From: Fimicolochytrium jonesii
Taxonomy: Eukaryota
Direction of reading: 5' to 3'
NCBI RefSeq assembly: GCF_025526975.1
Contig: NW_026515700.1
Coordinates: 124,001-188,000, forward strand
Length of the DNA stretch: 64,000 nucleotides
A program made the translations under genes and the position numbers. This document shows positions 34,778 to 49,340 of this stretch, one piece after another; positions within the stretch are counted from its first letter, which is position 1, and the number at the start of each line of letters is the position of its first letter. Under the pieces are notes generated by a model. It had not been told where the DNA came from, searched no databases, and worked only from the letters and a program-made list of their open reading frames with translations.

Positions 34778-37700
34778 TCAGCGCTGATACTGCTGTTGGG
34801 CAGACGGCGATCCGACATCATAAGCACCGGGGGACATGAGCGCCGACTGGGCATGCGGCAACCGCGGCGGCGGATGCATAGGCGGCACGCACTGTTGCAC
34901 CTGGCCCGGATTCGCCGCCAGCCAGTCCCTCGCGCTCCTCAAATCCCCAGCAGTCACATCCAGCACGCGGCGGGCCTCTTCCGCGGCGACACCGGATACG
35001 TTGGCCAGCCAGCGCACCTTCTCGGTGTCGATCTCGTGTTGGAGGTAGGTGGTCATCCGGGTCTCCATGTCGGTTTTGACGGGTCGGAAGGCGTGCGGGT
35101 TCACGGATTTGACGCGGACGGTGAAGGAGGCGGAAATGGGGCGGTGGTCGGAGAGTTGGGCCTCGTGGCGTGTGTAGTGGAGGAGACGTGCGTGTGGGCT
35201 GGAGTAGAGGACCTGTTTTTTCGGAAAATGATGCGGACAAATGAAATCAGTTTGCGACAAATGAAAGAAGAATCCACAATTGGCAACATACCCGATCGCA
35301 CCAACTCGGCACCCTCCTCTTCTCCGACGTATCATACCGATCCGTCCCCACATCATACTTAAACGTCGGCGCAAAGTCCAAGGGCCCCTCAAAAAAGCCC
35401 CTCAGCCCAAACGCCGGATTGATCTTCATCTGATTCAACAACTGGTCCTGATCCTGCAGGGTAATCCAATCACCTTGCGCAACCAGCTCAATCACGCGCT
35501 CGCGGGCCAAGTCAATGCGGTAGTTGAGGTCCCCGCTCCAGAACACGTTCTCGTGGTCGAGGACCATGGACCCGTCGCCACCGCCGATGAAGATGCCTTC
35601 GTAGGCTGGACGGGGCGGGAAATGCGCGTCTTTGAGGATGGTGGCGACATCGTTGTTGCGGGCGGAGACTTGGTTTTGGTGCGCGGCGAGGTGGGTGTTG
35701 ACGAAGCAGAAGGAGCTGTCGTCGAGGACGAAGCGGGTTGTTATGCCGCCCTGTAATTCAAAGAAAACGGGGATTAGCAACTAGGAGAAAAAGAAGCGAA
35801 TGTCCAGACGGCGAGAATGGGCATACCTTATTCCCATGATACCCCTTCAACCCCGTCTTCACCATATCGACCGCCACATCCTTCAACTTGGCCCCCTCAC
35901 TCTCCCTAATAAACACACACTGAAACAGCCCCACCAGCTGCCTACACTCTAACAACCTATACCCCGCCTTCGGATGCGCATCCCGAACCCCCTTAATCAG
36001 CGCCTCCCGCCACATCTTAAACCGGTGGTCCATATGACTCTGCTGGGACTTCTTCGTGCCTTTCAGTAACTGTTTCGCTGTGACTTTTTTACTTTCAAGG
36101 TCAACGAGTTCCTGGAACCCGACGACGATGATATCGGGGTTTTCGGTGGAGCCAAGCCAGCGGACGAGGAAGGTATTGTCCTCCGCGTTCCTGCTTTCGT
36201 CCAATTCCGAAGGTTTCGACGCGTCGAGGTTCCAGCTGCACACGAGGAGTTTGAGATCACGGTAAGTGCACCATTCGGATTCACGGAGGCGCAACTGGTT
36301 CTCGAGCCAGTCGCGGGAGAGGAACCCGTCCCACATGCGGATCTGGCCGTGGTGGGAGAAACTGGCAACTTGTAATCTTGACGCGAGGAAGACGGAGCGT
36401 TCGTCCATGACTAAGGCGTCGACGGCCGCGGAGTGGTACGCCTGGAACTCCTTGATGGCGGTCCAGTCACCGTCGACCTTCTCGATGTCGTAGACGTGGA
36501 TCTTGCCCGTGGAGTGGCCGGCCCAGAGGTACTTGTCGCCGATGCCGAGGAGGGCGGTGACGGGGTACATGCCGACGTTGACGATGCGTTTCTTGGTGAG
36601 TGTTACAGCGTCCCAGACGAGGACTTTGCCGTCATCGTGGCCGGAGAAGACGGTGGTTTCGGCGCGGGTTGTGGCGAAACAGTTGATGTTGCCGATCCCG
36701 ACTGTGACGGACAGATCGAAGCGTTGCTTGAAGTAGGATGAGGTGGCCCCGGCGGGGATTCCTGCGGTGGCCACGTCCGCGCCGGGGAGGTACACCTCAA
36801 TAAGCTTCCCCGCCGCCGTCCATAGATGGTTGTTAACCGGAAACGCGAGTGTCTGTTTAGCAGCAACCCTTACGCTCCTCGGCCGTGACGAGAACGCCAC
36901 ACGCTGCTTCCCCGGATCCTCCGCCCACATCTTCAACCCGCCATTCTCATCCAACGTCCACATCTGCCCCCTGTATCGCAAGATATGCGTAACAACCGAC
37001 GAATGCGGCGTCTTGCGATCAACAATCTCACCCGAAGACACGTCGATCTCAATCATATCCCCCTTCTCGAGGGACACCCACAGGAACCGCCCCTCGTCCT
37101 CGACATAGCGGGTGGGGACATACGCCATAGCCGATATCTTCGCGTTCTCGCCAACCAGCACGGCGCGGACGTTGTCGCCGGTGGGGATATACCACACGCG
37201 TACGTTCTTGTCGCCGCCGGTGCACGCGTAGAATCCGGAGACGGCGAAACAGCGCACGTTGTGTTTGAGGTAGACGTCGGCGTTCGGGAGGCCTTCTGCG
37301 ACGGGGAGGCGGCGGTTCGTGCCGACTGAGTCGGGGGAGTAGAGCTTCTCGCGGCGGAGGCCGGCGAAGCGGTCTTCGAGCCCGCCTGGGCCAGCGCTGG
37401 TGGGTAGGCCTGTGTCGGGGATGGTTGCCATGGACTGGCCTCCGGACAATGCGGCGTATTCTTGTAATGCTTCCTCGACTGCGCGGGCGACGGGGCGGGC
37501 GGGCACGGCCGGTGCAAAGTCTTCTAGGAGGACGCCTGTTTGTGGCGAGGACAGGACGGGTTGTGGTCGGAGAGAGGGCGAGATAGGGCGAGGCGGTAAT
37601 GGCGGCCGTAGCGGGCTGCTGGCCGGAGATGACCGATGCAGGTCCGTATGCGACGATCGGGAAGACGCCGCTGCCGGGTCAGTATGCGGTTTCAGAGCCA

Positions 37701-39636
37701 ACGCCCCACCTATGGGCAGCTGGGCAAACGACGCAGCGCTCGGCGATGTTGGTATTGGCGGTGGCGGGAAGGCCGGTTTCACGAGTTTCGGGGTTCGTGG
37801 TTGTGCAGGTGGGCCAAGAACGTCGAGCCCGGATTGGCCTAGGTTGCTTTGCGAGGCAAAACCTTGAGCGAGGGACTGGACGGACCTTGCTTTGCCCGCG
37901 CTCATGGAGCCACCTGGCAACTGTGAACGCGGCTTCGGATGTTCCTGCACTGTTTTAGACTTTCTTGGAATCCCTATTTTGTCCGCCGCGTAGGTCTCGT
38001 CGTCGCTGTTTGGTGCCGAATACCCTAGATCGTGCTCATCGCCGAACGGATCAGAGGCGGTACTGATTCGCTTGCTTTCATCATCCTCTGCCGCAGCCCG
38101 TCCGTCCTCATCCCGGCGATTCAGCGCAGACTCCGATAACCTAATTGCAGACGTTCCCAACGCCGCCGCCGACCCTGACAGATCTAGGGAGCTAAGCGAA
38201 GCAGTAGCGGACCGCCGACCGAGCGGAGTTCCAGAAAGTGGCGACCTCCGAGGCGACAGACGAGGTGGCAATGCCGGCTGCGGCAGCAACGCACCTGCCG
38301 ACATGGAGTATCCCAGCGGCGGTGCAGCAGCGCCCGGCCTTGATGAATGTGAAGGGAGCAGTCCACCATTGGGAGCCTGCTCCCCCAGTCCGGTGGTGCC
38401 CATCTCAAGCGCGGACATGTGGCGGGTTGTCCCGCCGCGTAAAGTGTCGACGGATGGAATAGCAGGAGAGGGCGGGGAGATGACTACGTTTCCCGCCGAG
38501 TACTCTTGTCTTAGCGGCGGATGGGTTGGAAGGGAGGCAATGGGTGTCCCTATGCTTCCTGGTGAATAGCCTCCGGTGTCCTGCGCAAAAGTGACCCACC
38601 CCGGAAACGAGTTCCCCGACACCAATGGCTTTGGTGACGGAACCGTGGGTGTGGTGTTTGCATTGCCCCCTCCTCCCATGACACCATTCGCCGGATTCAG
38701 CTCATTAAACGCACGTGTGAGTTGCTTCACCCCGGGCAAGGCAGGGGCCTCGGAAGTCCCATCGATTCCATGCGGCCCGTCTAAGATTTCAGCTACACTA
38801 TGACTATGAACGGTCGGACTGCTCGCTCGCGAGGAAACGCCAGATCCTGGCCGCTGCATGAGCCCCAACTCCGCCACGGTCGCCCGTCTCTGTGCGTTTA
38901 GGGGGATCTCCCCGCCGATCGGCGAATCTCGCAGTCGTGATGGTGGTAAAGGAGACGGCCGACGCTTCTCGGTTGCGGCGTGTTGTATAGGGGGTTGAGG
39001 TCGAGACGCGCTAACAGCTGGTACGGCGTTCTGGGGGTCTGCGAAAGGATCAAACTCCTGCGCATGTATTGGAGGAGACATCATGGGCGAGTTGGAGAAT
39101 GACGATGATTGGGTCGGCTCCGCGTAAGAATAAAATGGGCTCGCAGCGGAAGGCGACACTGGCGAGACCGGAGAGGTCGCCGCGTTCGAGGCAGCAGCGT
39201 ACCATGGCTGCCCTGCTGACGATCGGTATGCACTCCCTACTGCCGTCCCTTCGTGCTGCTGCTGCGGTTGGAGGGAGCCCGCTCCCACAGTTCCCCACAG
39301 CTCCGCGTGGGAGAGAGCGGATGCCTCCTTTGCGGCACCCAACAGGAATGGGTTAGTCGGAGAAAGGGAAAGCGACATTGCGCGTGGATGGTGACCTCCT
39401 CCGGCGGGACTCGAGTTCCCCGACCGGCTCTCTATTGGCATCGGTGCTGGTATATGTGTGTTGAAGTGCGAGTGCTGCTGCGAGATGGGATGTGATGATG
39501 GCGATCCCCCGGCACCGTGCATGAACGGGTGTTGCTGCTGTACTGGCAAGGATGGGATCTGGCCCTGCCCCTGCTGCTGCTGCTGCTGCTGCTGAGCAAA
39601 GCTGCCCGCCGCTGATGTCGTAAATGGGTCGCTCAT
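34778..39636 (-). CDS. Inositol polyphosphate 5-phosphatase with WD40-like propeller and a long low-complexity N-terminus, 3 or more exons
   Basis: CSWNL, PDIIVVGFQELVDLE, KTGLKGYHGNKGG, FVNTHLAAHQ, WSGDLNYRI, PTFKYD..YDTSEKRRVPSWCDRV and SDHRPI. Confidence 0.93.
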
Positions 39637-40295
39637 ATCTGCCGTTTCAACCACGAGGTACGTCTCGAAGCCCTAAATGGGCGAAAAGCGTCGACGTACA
39701 GTATGTGTAGAGGGTATATTAGGATTGAGAAAGCCACCGCCGTCTTCTGTGGGTCAGTGAAGACCGCTTATGCTGTATTAGAGAGGCTGCTATAATAACA
39801 CAGTTCTGTGCATCGTCGTCGTTGTCGTCCTCGTCGCCGTGGTCGTGTTGAAATCGTGATGGCCAGAAGTGACATCCAGCAGCGGGTCTTGGCCGGGCGG
39901 GCGGGTGGCTGTGCAGCCCCAGGGGCGACCCAAAGGGCCCCAACGCACACCCACAGCCCTTTCTTTTCTCCTCCTCCGGCTTCGACCTGCTTGCATAGCA
40001 ACTATTGCTGAACACTGTCCCAACGGCCTCTTCCTCCTCAACTTACCCCTTCACCACCCACCCGTAAGTATGCTTATGTCTTGGCTCCCAGACTCCCAGC
40101 TCTCTGGGACACACATAGGCTGTGATTCGGTGGATTTGTGACCCGCAGGAGAGTTTGCGATCTGTGGAACCGACCGTGGGAGGACGGACGCTCACTCCAA
40201 CCCAGGTGGCATTTCACCCTAAGCAAACGACCCTCCCTTGCCTTCCGTCAATACATTTCGTCAATTAACGCTTCCTTTTCTGTTGGCAGATCACA

Positions 40296-41106
40296 ATGGC
40301 TGACGAAGAGCAACACGAAGAGTTCGAGACCGTCGGGGGTGAGTCTTGCATCTCAACCGGGGCGTGCCGTGGGCACTTTCAAACTCACCCGTCCTTCTCC
40401 TCCCTTGTTTAGCCGGTGCCTCGTTGACCTACCCTATGCAGGTGCGAATTGGGGACGAGTGACGGAAGGGCTTTTGGCCGGAGCATCATCTCCTGTCGAA
40501 ATACAATACGGAGGACTGAAGACTCCCTTTTATATTACGAATAGTGCTCTGCTCTGCGTAAGAACGGTCACGTTGTGATCAAGGGTCGTCCTTGCAAGAT
40601 CGTCGACATGTCCACCTCCAAGACCGGTAAGTCTATTCTTTGAATCGATTTAGCATGCACAAATCAAGCCTAAAGAACGACTTTACTTCCCATCCATAGG
40701 CAAGCACGGACACGCCAAGGTCAACCTGGTCGCCATCGACATCTTCACTGGCAAGAAGCTCGAGGATCTCTCCCCCTCCACCCACAACATGGACGTGCCT
40801 AACGTTGTCCGCATCGAGTTCCCCCTCCTCGACATCGACGACGGTTTCCTGTCCCTCATGAAGGACGACGGTTCCACCAAGGACGACGTTAAGGTCCCTG
40901 ACAACGAGCTCGGCAAGAAGCTCACGGAGGAGTTCCACGAGGGCAAGGAGCTGATTGTTACTGTTGTTGCGGCTATGGGTGAGGAGCACGCCTTGTCTTA
41001 CAAGGAGGCCCCTAAGTGTGAGTGTCAACCTTCTCCGATTCCGTTACTGCGTTTACTTCTTGCGGGCGTGGTTCTCATCCGGCCCTTTCCCATAACAGCC
41101 GGTTAA
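40296..41106 (+). CDS. HYP2: Translation factor eIF5A (hypusine), multi-exon
   Basis: [45 protein letters not shown]...PSTHNMDVP. Confidence 0.97.
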
Positions 41107-41471
41107 GCACCATGAAGCAAACATACCATAACCGCGCGAAAAACGAAACTGGGGGTCTAAAAAGCGAAGTGAAATACCCTTCCTCACCCAGGCGTACCCC
41201 TTTTCCTTTCCGTAGTATGTCTTCTTTCAATCCTGTTCCACTGTGAGGGGAATGTAAGGAGTTTTGGTATTGAGTTTCCCATAGAGCTTTTTTCTCCCTG
41301 TCCATTGAGTAAGTGCCCCCGCATGTTCTGTGGGATAGATTGTACATTTGGCTTGCTTATAATGGAAGGAAGAGGGTCCCCATGTATCGGCGACCATGGG
41401 GAACTGGGCTGTTTATGATCCCAAAAATGGTACTACACAGTATATACAACGGAGCGGAATGATGACACTCA

Positions 41472-42347
41472 TCATCCATAGAGCAATCGATTGACAAACG
41501 AGATGGGCATATCCTCGATCTCGGGGATCGAGTCCTGCCCACATAGCTTTGCGATTTTGGCGGGGTCGAGGGGGACCGAGAAGTGGTTTGCGTGAGTGTC
41601 TGTTTGCATGTTCAAGAAATGGGATGGAGAGCTTAGGATTCACGCGTTTTTTCGCTCTGGAGAACGGGACCATGGCGGGACAAATTTTGCGGGACATACC
41701 AGAAACGGTATCCAACGAGCCCAAAGCGGGCGTGCGCCACATATTGATGCCCGTGAACATGAGCAGGATGAAGGGGATCCAGCCTAGGAAGTGGACTGGG
41801 AGGGCGAGGGCCCACCATCTGCGGAATGCAATCACGCACTATGTTAGGATAAACAGGGCACGGTGGGGCAGAGGGGGAAACGTGGTGAACTGGGAAGGGA
41901 GAGGGAGGTTTTACCGGGTGGGGTAGTAGGAGACACCGAATGCGTGTAGGAGGTCGTCTGAACAGAGGGCCCAGAGGAGGTATGAAGCTGGTGTGGGATG
42001 GATGGGGGGTGTGCGAAAAATGGGGGTGTGAATTCCATTGCGCGAGAGTGAGACATTATGCGACATTTCGGTCCCAAATTGGGAGTGGGGAACGTGCTTT
42101 TGTTCCTCCCCCTCCCAGGAAGAGGCAGGGGGGGGGGTTAGGGGACTCGGTTTATTATTTCCTTACCGAAAGCGACGAAAGAGCCGAGATAGACGACGAA
42201 GCCGTAGTACTCGCGCTTCTCGGATGTGCGGCGGTGTGCGTCGGCGGTGAGTGCGGGGCGGTGGGCGCGGGATGCCATTACAGATATACCATGGGATGAG
42301 AGGTTGAGCGTACTGTATGTGGGATTATCTGTGTGTATGGGAGGCAT
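41472..42347 (-). CDS. GPI19: GPI-GlcNAc transferase subunit PIG-P/Gpi19, multi-exon
   Basis: EYYGFVVYL, GVSYYP, WWALALP and IPEIEDMPISFVNRLLYG*. The start may be 42347 or the next ATG. Confidence 0.85.
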
Positions 42348-42668
42348 GGGATATCCCCCGAGAGAGTAGAGTATTTGTGGGATGAGATGGCTGGATCAAC
42401 AGCGAGGAGGAGGGCGACAATTGGAAATCCATCAGGCAGGCAGGCAGACATCCGACGTTATTGGCGCATAGACTCCACAGCTTTTCCCTCCGCCGTTCCC
42501 AACAACAAACAGCACGCAAGAAGGAGGCGAGCCTTCATCTACTCACTCTATCGCTGCCCAGCACTCCCACAAACACAGAACGAACACACCCACTTGTCGC
42601 CCACCAAAAAAGAAACGCACACTTCACCCAACTCGCCGCTCAGCCGGCCCGCCACCCCCACTGCCGAA

Positions 42669-45600
42669 ATGATGAAAGCAGTGCCCCCAAAGGGCTCCAC
42701 CCCCTCCTCCCCCAAATCCGCCGCAGCCACCACCCCGCTACACCCAACCACAGTCCCCAAAGCACCCCTCCTCGACATCTCAAAAATTCCCAAAGCGCCA
42801 TTCGCTCCGCACCCGACGACATCACCATTACCCGAGAGGGGTAATAGGATCTTTGGCTTACGTCCGGCACCGGTGTTCAGACCGACCGCGGAGGAGTTTA
42901 AGGACCCGATGGCGTATGTGGATAAGATTAGACCATTGGCGGAGGGGAGTGGTATTTGTAAGGTTGTGCCGCCCGTAGGGTGGAAGCCGGATTTTGCGCT
43001 GGATACGCAGTCTTTCTGGTTCCGGCCCCGAATCATGCGGCTCAACTCGATGGAAGGCAGTTCCCGCGCCATCCTCAATTACCTGGACCAACTGCAAAAG
43101 TTTCACACGCAACAAGGGACGCAGTTCACTCGCGTGCCTATGCTTGACAAGAAGCCGATCAATCTCTCGGAGCTGAAGAAGGAGGTTGCGAAACGTGGAG
43201 GTTACGAGCAGGTTATTGCAAACAAGCAATGGGCCCAAGTAGGCCGAGCGATCGGATTAGGCGGCAAGACCTGCACATCGCTCTCGCACAGCGTGAAATC
43301 AGCATATTTGAAATGGATACATCCCTACGAGGAGTTCCTACTTAAGCACCGGTCGCCCGCGCCTACACGGCCGGGATCTCCAAGAGGGGACGGTGAGGGG
43401 AAGGGACCTGCGACGAGGATGGGGACTAGGAAGAAGGCTAAGGAGCAGCCTGTGAGAAAAGGTTCGTTCAGTGATTTGTTTATCCGTTGGCTGAATGGGT
43501 GTTTCCTAAACCCTCTTTTCGAATCACAGCGCCAGTTGTCGCGACACCCCCTCCTGGCTCGACGTCCCCTTCACCGAAGAAAGTTACCTTACCGCAGGAC
43601 TACCTGCCAAAGCCTGGATTGGAGGTGAGTATCTGAGATCAGCGCCATGAGGATGTCTTAATCGCAATCCTGGAAATTTGACCAGATCTCCATTTCCATG
43701 CAGCTCTGTGAGATGTGCGGCGGCGGCGAAAACGACGAACAAATGCTTCTCTGTGACGGCTGCAACCGCGGCTACCACCTCTACTGTTTCGACCCACCCA
43801 TGGCCGCGATCCCTCAAACCGACTGGTTCTGCCCAGACTGCCTGCGCGGGTCCGGTCACGACTACGGGTTCGAAGAGGGCGAGCTGCGCAGTCTGTATCA
43901 TTTCCAGCAGGTTGCCAACGACTTCAAGAAGAAGCATTTCCAGCAACGGTTGGGGCTTGATCCCGAGGAGCGGGTGGTTGTTACGGAGGATGATGTTGAG
44001 CGCGAGTTTTGGAGGCTGGTTGAGAGTCCGTATGATGATGTTGAGGTTGAGTATGGCGCGGATTTGCATTCGACGCAGCATGGGAGGTGAGTTTACAGGA
44101 GTAGTTTCAAATGAAGTTCCGTGGAAGTAAAGAATATTTTTCTAATCGTTCCCCCCTCCTATAGCGGCTTCCCCGTCCCCGAAAAGCAGCCGAACAACCC
44201 GTACTCCACCTGCGGCTGGAACCTCAACAACATGCCCCTTCTCTCCGACTCCCTCTTCTGCAACATCCGCAACGACATCTCCGGCATGATGATCCCCTGG
44301 CTCTACGTCGGCATGGCCTTCTCCACCTTCTGCTGGCATACTGAAGACCACTACACCTACTCCATCAACTACCTCCACTGGGGCGAGACAAAGACGTGGT
44401 ACGGCATCCCCGCGGCCCATGCGGATGGGTTTGAGGCGACCATGAGGAAAAAGGTGCCGGAATTGTTTGATGGGAACCCGGATTTGCTGTTTCATTTGAC
44501 GACGATGTTGAGTCCGGGCGTCTTGGTGGAGGAAGGCGTGGATGTGGTGGCGGCGGATCAGAGGGCGGGGGAGTTTGTGATTACGTTCCCGAGGGCGTAT
44601 CATGCGGGGTTCAATCAGGGGGTGAGTCATACCGACGCATTAATCCTCATGGAAGGTAGGAAAATGCCTAACAAATCGTGAACTTCACACTTGGACCCTT
44701 TATCAGTTCAATTTTGCGGAAGCGGTCAACTTTGCTCTCCCGAACTGGCTACCGTACGGATTGGATTGCGTAGATCGCTACCATAACTACAAGAAACAAC
44801 CAGTATTTTCCCACGACGAGCTGGTGATTGCTACATCGATGCGGGACATTGACGTTAAAGTCGCCCTTTGGTAAGTCCCCAAAAGTTCTCACGCATCCGA
44901 AAACAAAACAGGGTTCTATTCCCCGAAAGTCCCAGCTTCGCTAATCAACTTCTTTCCCTCATTGCCAGGCTCAAACCAGCCCTCGAGAAAATCCGCGACC
45001 GCGAACTCAAAGAGCGCGCCGCAGCCCGGGCACGACATCCGGGTATCAAGGAAGTCGTCGAAAATGTGCAGATTAACCGTGAGGAGGAAGATCAGTGTGC
45101 GTTCTGCCACCAGTATTGCTATGTCAGTGCGCTGCGGTGTGAGAGCTGTAATAATGGGAAATTGGTGTGTTTTGCTCATGAGGCTGAGGTGAGTTGGAAC
45201 ATTCTGCTGTTTCACTTCTGACAATGATGATATTAATCTTTTATCGGATACAATAGCTATGTCAATGCGAAGCCCCCCACCTTGCCCTCGTCCTCCGCTT
45301 TTCCGACGAGCAACTCTCAGACTTCGTCCAACGCGTCACCCAAATCAGCAACAAACCCAACGAATGGAAAGACGCCTACAGAGCCCTTCTCGCCTCTCAA
45401 CGCCGACCCGCCCTAAAAGACCTCCAAATGCTCCTCAGCGCCAGCGAAAAGATCCCCATCGACATGGATGAAGCTAAAGACCTCCGCGAATTCATCGCCA
45501 AAGCGCAGGAATGGGTCGACAAGACCAACAAGGTTGTGCAAAAGCGGAAACGGAGCAATGCGGGGAGAAGGAAGAGTTTTAGTACCGCTGTGGCGGCGAT

Positions 45601-48600
45601 GACGGCTGAGGATGAGGAGGCTGCCGGTGGAGGTGGAGGTGGAGGTGGATGTGCGCAGAGGAGTCTGCAAGATGTGGAGGCGCTGGTTGCGCAGATTGAG
45701 GCGATGGCGTTCGATACGCCTGAGATCAAGCTCTTGGAAACACTTGTCGCTTCTGTGCGGGAATTCCAGCAGGTTGCCAGGACGACACTGGCGGCCTCGA
45801 ATTTGACGCAGCAGCAATTGCAAGAGGTGCTGGAGCGCGGGCAGGCGCTGGATATTGCTGGTATACCCGAGATCTACCAATTGGAGCAAAAGATTTCGGA
45901 GTTGCAATGGCTAGCGCGCGCCGAATCCGTTCTGGACGCCGGGCTCTCCTCCGTCATGTATGAGGAGATCATCGACATGATTGACGCCGGTCGTGCGTTC
46001 GGGGTCAAGAGCGATCATCCTCTTATTCAACGATTGAGACAGGCTAAACATGGCGGTGACGAGTGGAGAGTGCTTGCTGCCGGGTTGATGAAGCAGCGCC
46101 GGATGGATCTCGCGGAACTCGAAGACGTCGTCAAACGCGCGCAGGACGTGCCGGTCGTCAAAGAACTGTGGGACCAAGTACACGCTCTGGACGAGAAGTG
46201 CAAAGGGTGGCTGAAACAGGTGCGTGGCGTCACACAATCGGCCGAGGAGAACAATACGCGACACCCTATATCCCTCCTGTTCTCGCTTATATACGAAATG
46301 GAGGGTGTGCCGGTCCGTCTAGACGAGCTGCACATGCTCCGCGAAGACGCCAAAAAAGTCAGCGACTGGACCGCGCGCGCTCGCAAAACCCTGCGACCGG
46401 GCAGCGTCAAGTCCTGCGCCGAGATTGTGGCTGAGCTCGACGCCAACTTATCCGCGTGCGCTAAACCGGTTGATCAACAAGGCGAAGTGTACTGCGTCTG
46501 CAGAACCAACCACGACGAAGGGCTTATGGTCGAGTGCGAGACTTGCCATGAATGGTACCACGCCGCCTGCGTCAAACTATCCAAGAAGGCGGCCAAACAG
46601 CAAGGCGCGTACACCTGCCCCGTCTGCGACGTCCACGCCCTCCGCCCCGTCTCCGCCTCCGCACGTCGCCCGACTGCCGAGCAGATCCGCCAGCTGGTCG
46701 CCGAAGCCGAGGCGATCGAGCGGTGGGAGATGGACGAAGTCGTCGGGATGAAACGGGTTGCTGATTTAAGCGAGCGGTGGAAAGTGCGTGCGAAGAGCGT
46801 GTTGGAGGACCCGACGGCGGATGTTGCGGCGCTGAGGGCGTGTTTGAGGTGTGCGGAGGGGATGCTGATATGTGTAGACGATGAGATCGGGATGTTGAGG
46901 GAGCGGTTGGCTGCTGTTGCCCCGCCGCGGATTCAGGAGGCTAATGGCGGCGGAGACTCGCCGAGTCCTGTTGACGCAACGGAGGGCAATGTCGTCGCGG
47001 ATCCGATCCAGATGTCTGGCGAAACGACGGACGTGAAACCGGCCACCACCGCATCCGAAGTCTTCTGCGTGTGCCGCGAACCCCACCGCGACGAACTGGG
47101 ACCCATGATCGGCTGCGACCAGTGCAGCGGGTGGTTCCATTTCGGGTGTGTCGGGTTGACGGCTGAGGAGGCGGAGAAGATCGATGAGTATGTCTGTCCG
47201 CCGTGTAGGCGGCGCGAAGCCGCCAAAGCTGCCAGTATCACCACCACCCATGGCAACGGCAAGAAACACCAGCAGGATGTGAAGAAAGAGCACCACCACC
47301 ATTCCAGTCCACAACCGGAAACGGATAAAGTAAAAATCATGCTCAAGATCGCACGACCGGGTTCAGCTGGGCCCAGCAGCGCGTCGCCCGTGCCTATGTC
47401 GCCTGCCCCGCCGCCGTCTGCGGAAGAGGGGCTGAAGAAAGCGAAGAAGAAGAGGAAGGAGATTGATAGCGCAGGCCCTGACGGGGCGGAGCAGAATGGG
47501 AGCGCACCGGTTGTGAAGAAGAGGAAGAGTAAAGTGGGGAGTCTGACTGGTGACGTGCCGGTTAGTGGGATTGTTAAGGAGGGCGGAGAAAAGGAACCGG
47601 TCGTTAGGAAACACAAGCGGAAACTGGAGGATCCCAGCGCTCCACAGTCGGTCTTGCCGCCTGCCGAGGGAACGACTGTGAAACCACCCGCCAAGAAACG
47701 GAAGAGCAAGGTCAACAGCGACTTGGAAGGCGCGGCCGGTGTGAAACCACCGCGCAAGAAACGCCCCTCGAAAGTCCTGCACCCCCCGGCATCGGCGGCG
47801 GTACCCGTCCCCGATCCGGAGATCGTACAGCAGATCGCACAACCGCCTCCACAGGAACAACAGATTGAGCAACCGGTGACGCAGTTCCATGCACAGCGGC
47901 CCCAGGCTCCGTTGCCGTCCGCTTCGTCGTTCATCAATGCGTATGGGCAGCAGGGAAACAGTACTAACCAGTACCCTGCCCCGCATAATGGGAGCAGCAG
48001 CATCCACCAATTGCTCAGCAACCCGCTTCCACCGCCTTCATCGATCTTACCCCCGCCAAGCGCGCTCGCCAATCCAGCGTATTACCATAATCACACGTAC
48101 AGGTCGTCGCCGGGTTCGGAAGAGAATTATGGAGCGAACGGCGGATTCAGGTTGCCGCCTTTGGTTTCCTCGCCGCATAGCAACAACCGTAATCAACAAC
48201 TGCATTCGGAGCAGTATCGCGACCGGGAATCGCAGCACAACAATCAACAACAGCAGCAGCAGCGGAATGAATACGTACCCGCCGCCAACGTGTACGACTC
48301 CCCCGGTGGGCATCGATACGTCCTCGACCCGCACGGTCGTCCATTACCGGCACCCCAGCAGTTGTTCCCATCTAGCGGGAGTGGGACCTCAACCGACGCA
48401 GTCGCATTACCGCCCGCTCCTTCCGGCGGCAGCAGCAGCGCACACGCACACGAACCTCCTGCGCGGAAGTCCCATTACTACCCCCAAGACTACGCAGCCC
48501 CAGCCCCCTCCTCCCCCTACCCATCCTCAACGCGGCACACGTCATCACCCTGGTGGAACAACAACCAACAGGAATCCCACCACAACCGCCACTCATCAAC

Positions 48601-48877
48601 ACCTGACCCCAACCCGCTAGGCCTCCCCTCCATCCAACAACTGCAGCAGCACTTACGGCAGGATCAGCTCAACGGGCAGAATTACCACAGTCAGCACCAC
48701 CATCATCTGGGCTATCACAACCACCATCAGCAGCAGAATATGAGTCCCCTGCCACTCCCGCCTCCACCGCCACTGCCGGGGGGGTATTATGGGCATCGCA
48801 GGTCGGAGAGTTGTAGTGAGGATGAGGAGGGAGAGAGGGAGGAAGGGAGTGGGTTTGGGTTTGGGTTTGGGAACTAG
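42669..48877 (+). CDS. KDM5: KDM5/JARID1 (Lid2/Rum1-like) H3K4 demethylase: JmjN, ARID, PHD, JmjC, C5HC2, PLU-1 and two more PHDs
   Basis: APVFRPTAEEFKDP, GICKVVPP, ARID (L..LKKEV..RGG), CDGCNRGYHLYC, EYGADLHS, PWLYVGM.FSTFCWHTEDHY and FPRAYHAGFNQG. Confidence 0.95.
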
Positions 48878-49340
48878 TTGGAGAGGAAGGGGGGTCGCGG
48901 ATCGAGGGGTTGAGGAAGTGGAAGCGGGATGGAATGTGGGATGTGGGGCTCATGGTCCCTATTGGCCAGACGCGCATCAAAACGCTGGGAATCAACCCGG
49001 AAAGCGGGCATCACTTTATGTCTTTATGTGGCATGATAACATGCATCAATGAGTCGGAAATAGATGTTCAAGCGAGTACTTGCTGTGATGCGTTGTGGTT
49101 TGGTCGACTTTGGCGCGACAGCGGAAGTTATTCCGTTAGATACGAATGTACAACAGGCACTCTCAAGACGGATGTAAGCTGATACGTTATATGATTAGAC
49201 TAGTCTCGAACCCGCGCGGTATGTTCCTCGACTAGGTGCACTACGTGAGCCTTCTTGTGGGGTATACGCCTCCGCCGCGGTCGCCAAAAAAACTTTCGTC
49301 CGTGCAGTGTCGCTTTGGCTACTAGGGCACTGTATCCGCC

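Noticed and set aside
46933..48072. 379-aa antisense ORF, and similar antisense ORFs over GCN2, the 5-phosphatase, helicase and pol
   Set aside because: Shadow frames of GC-rich coding sequence on the opposite strand.
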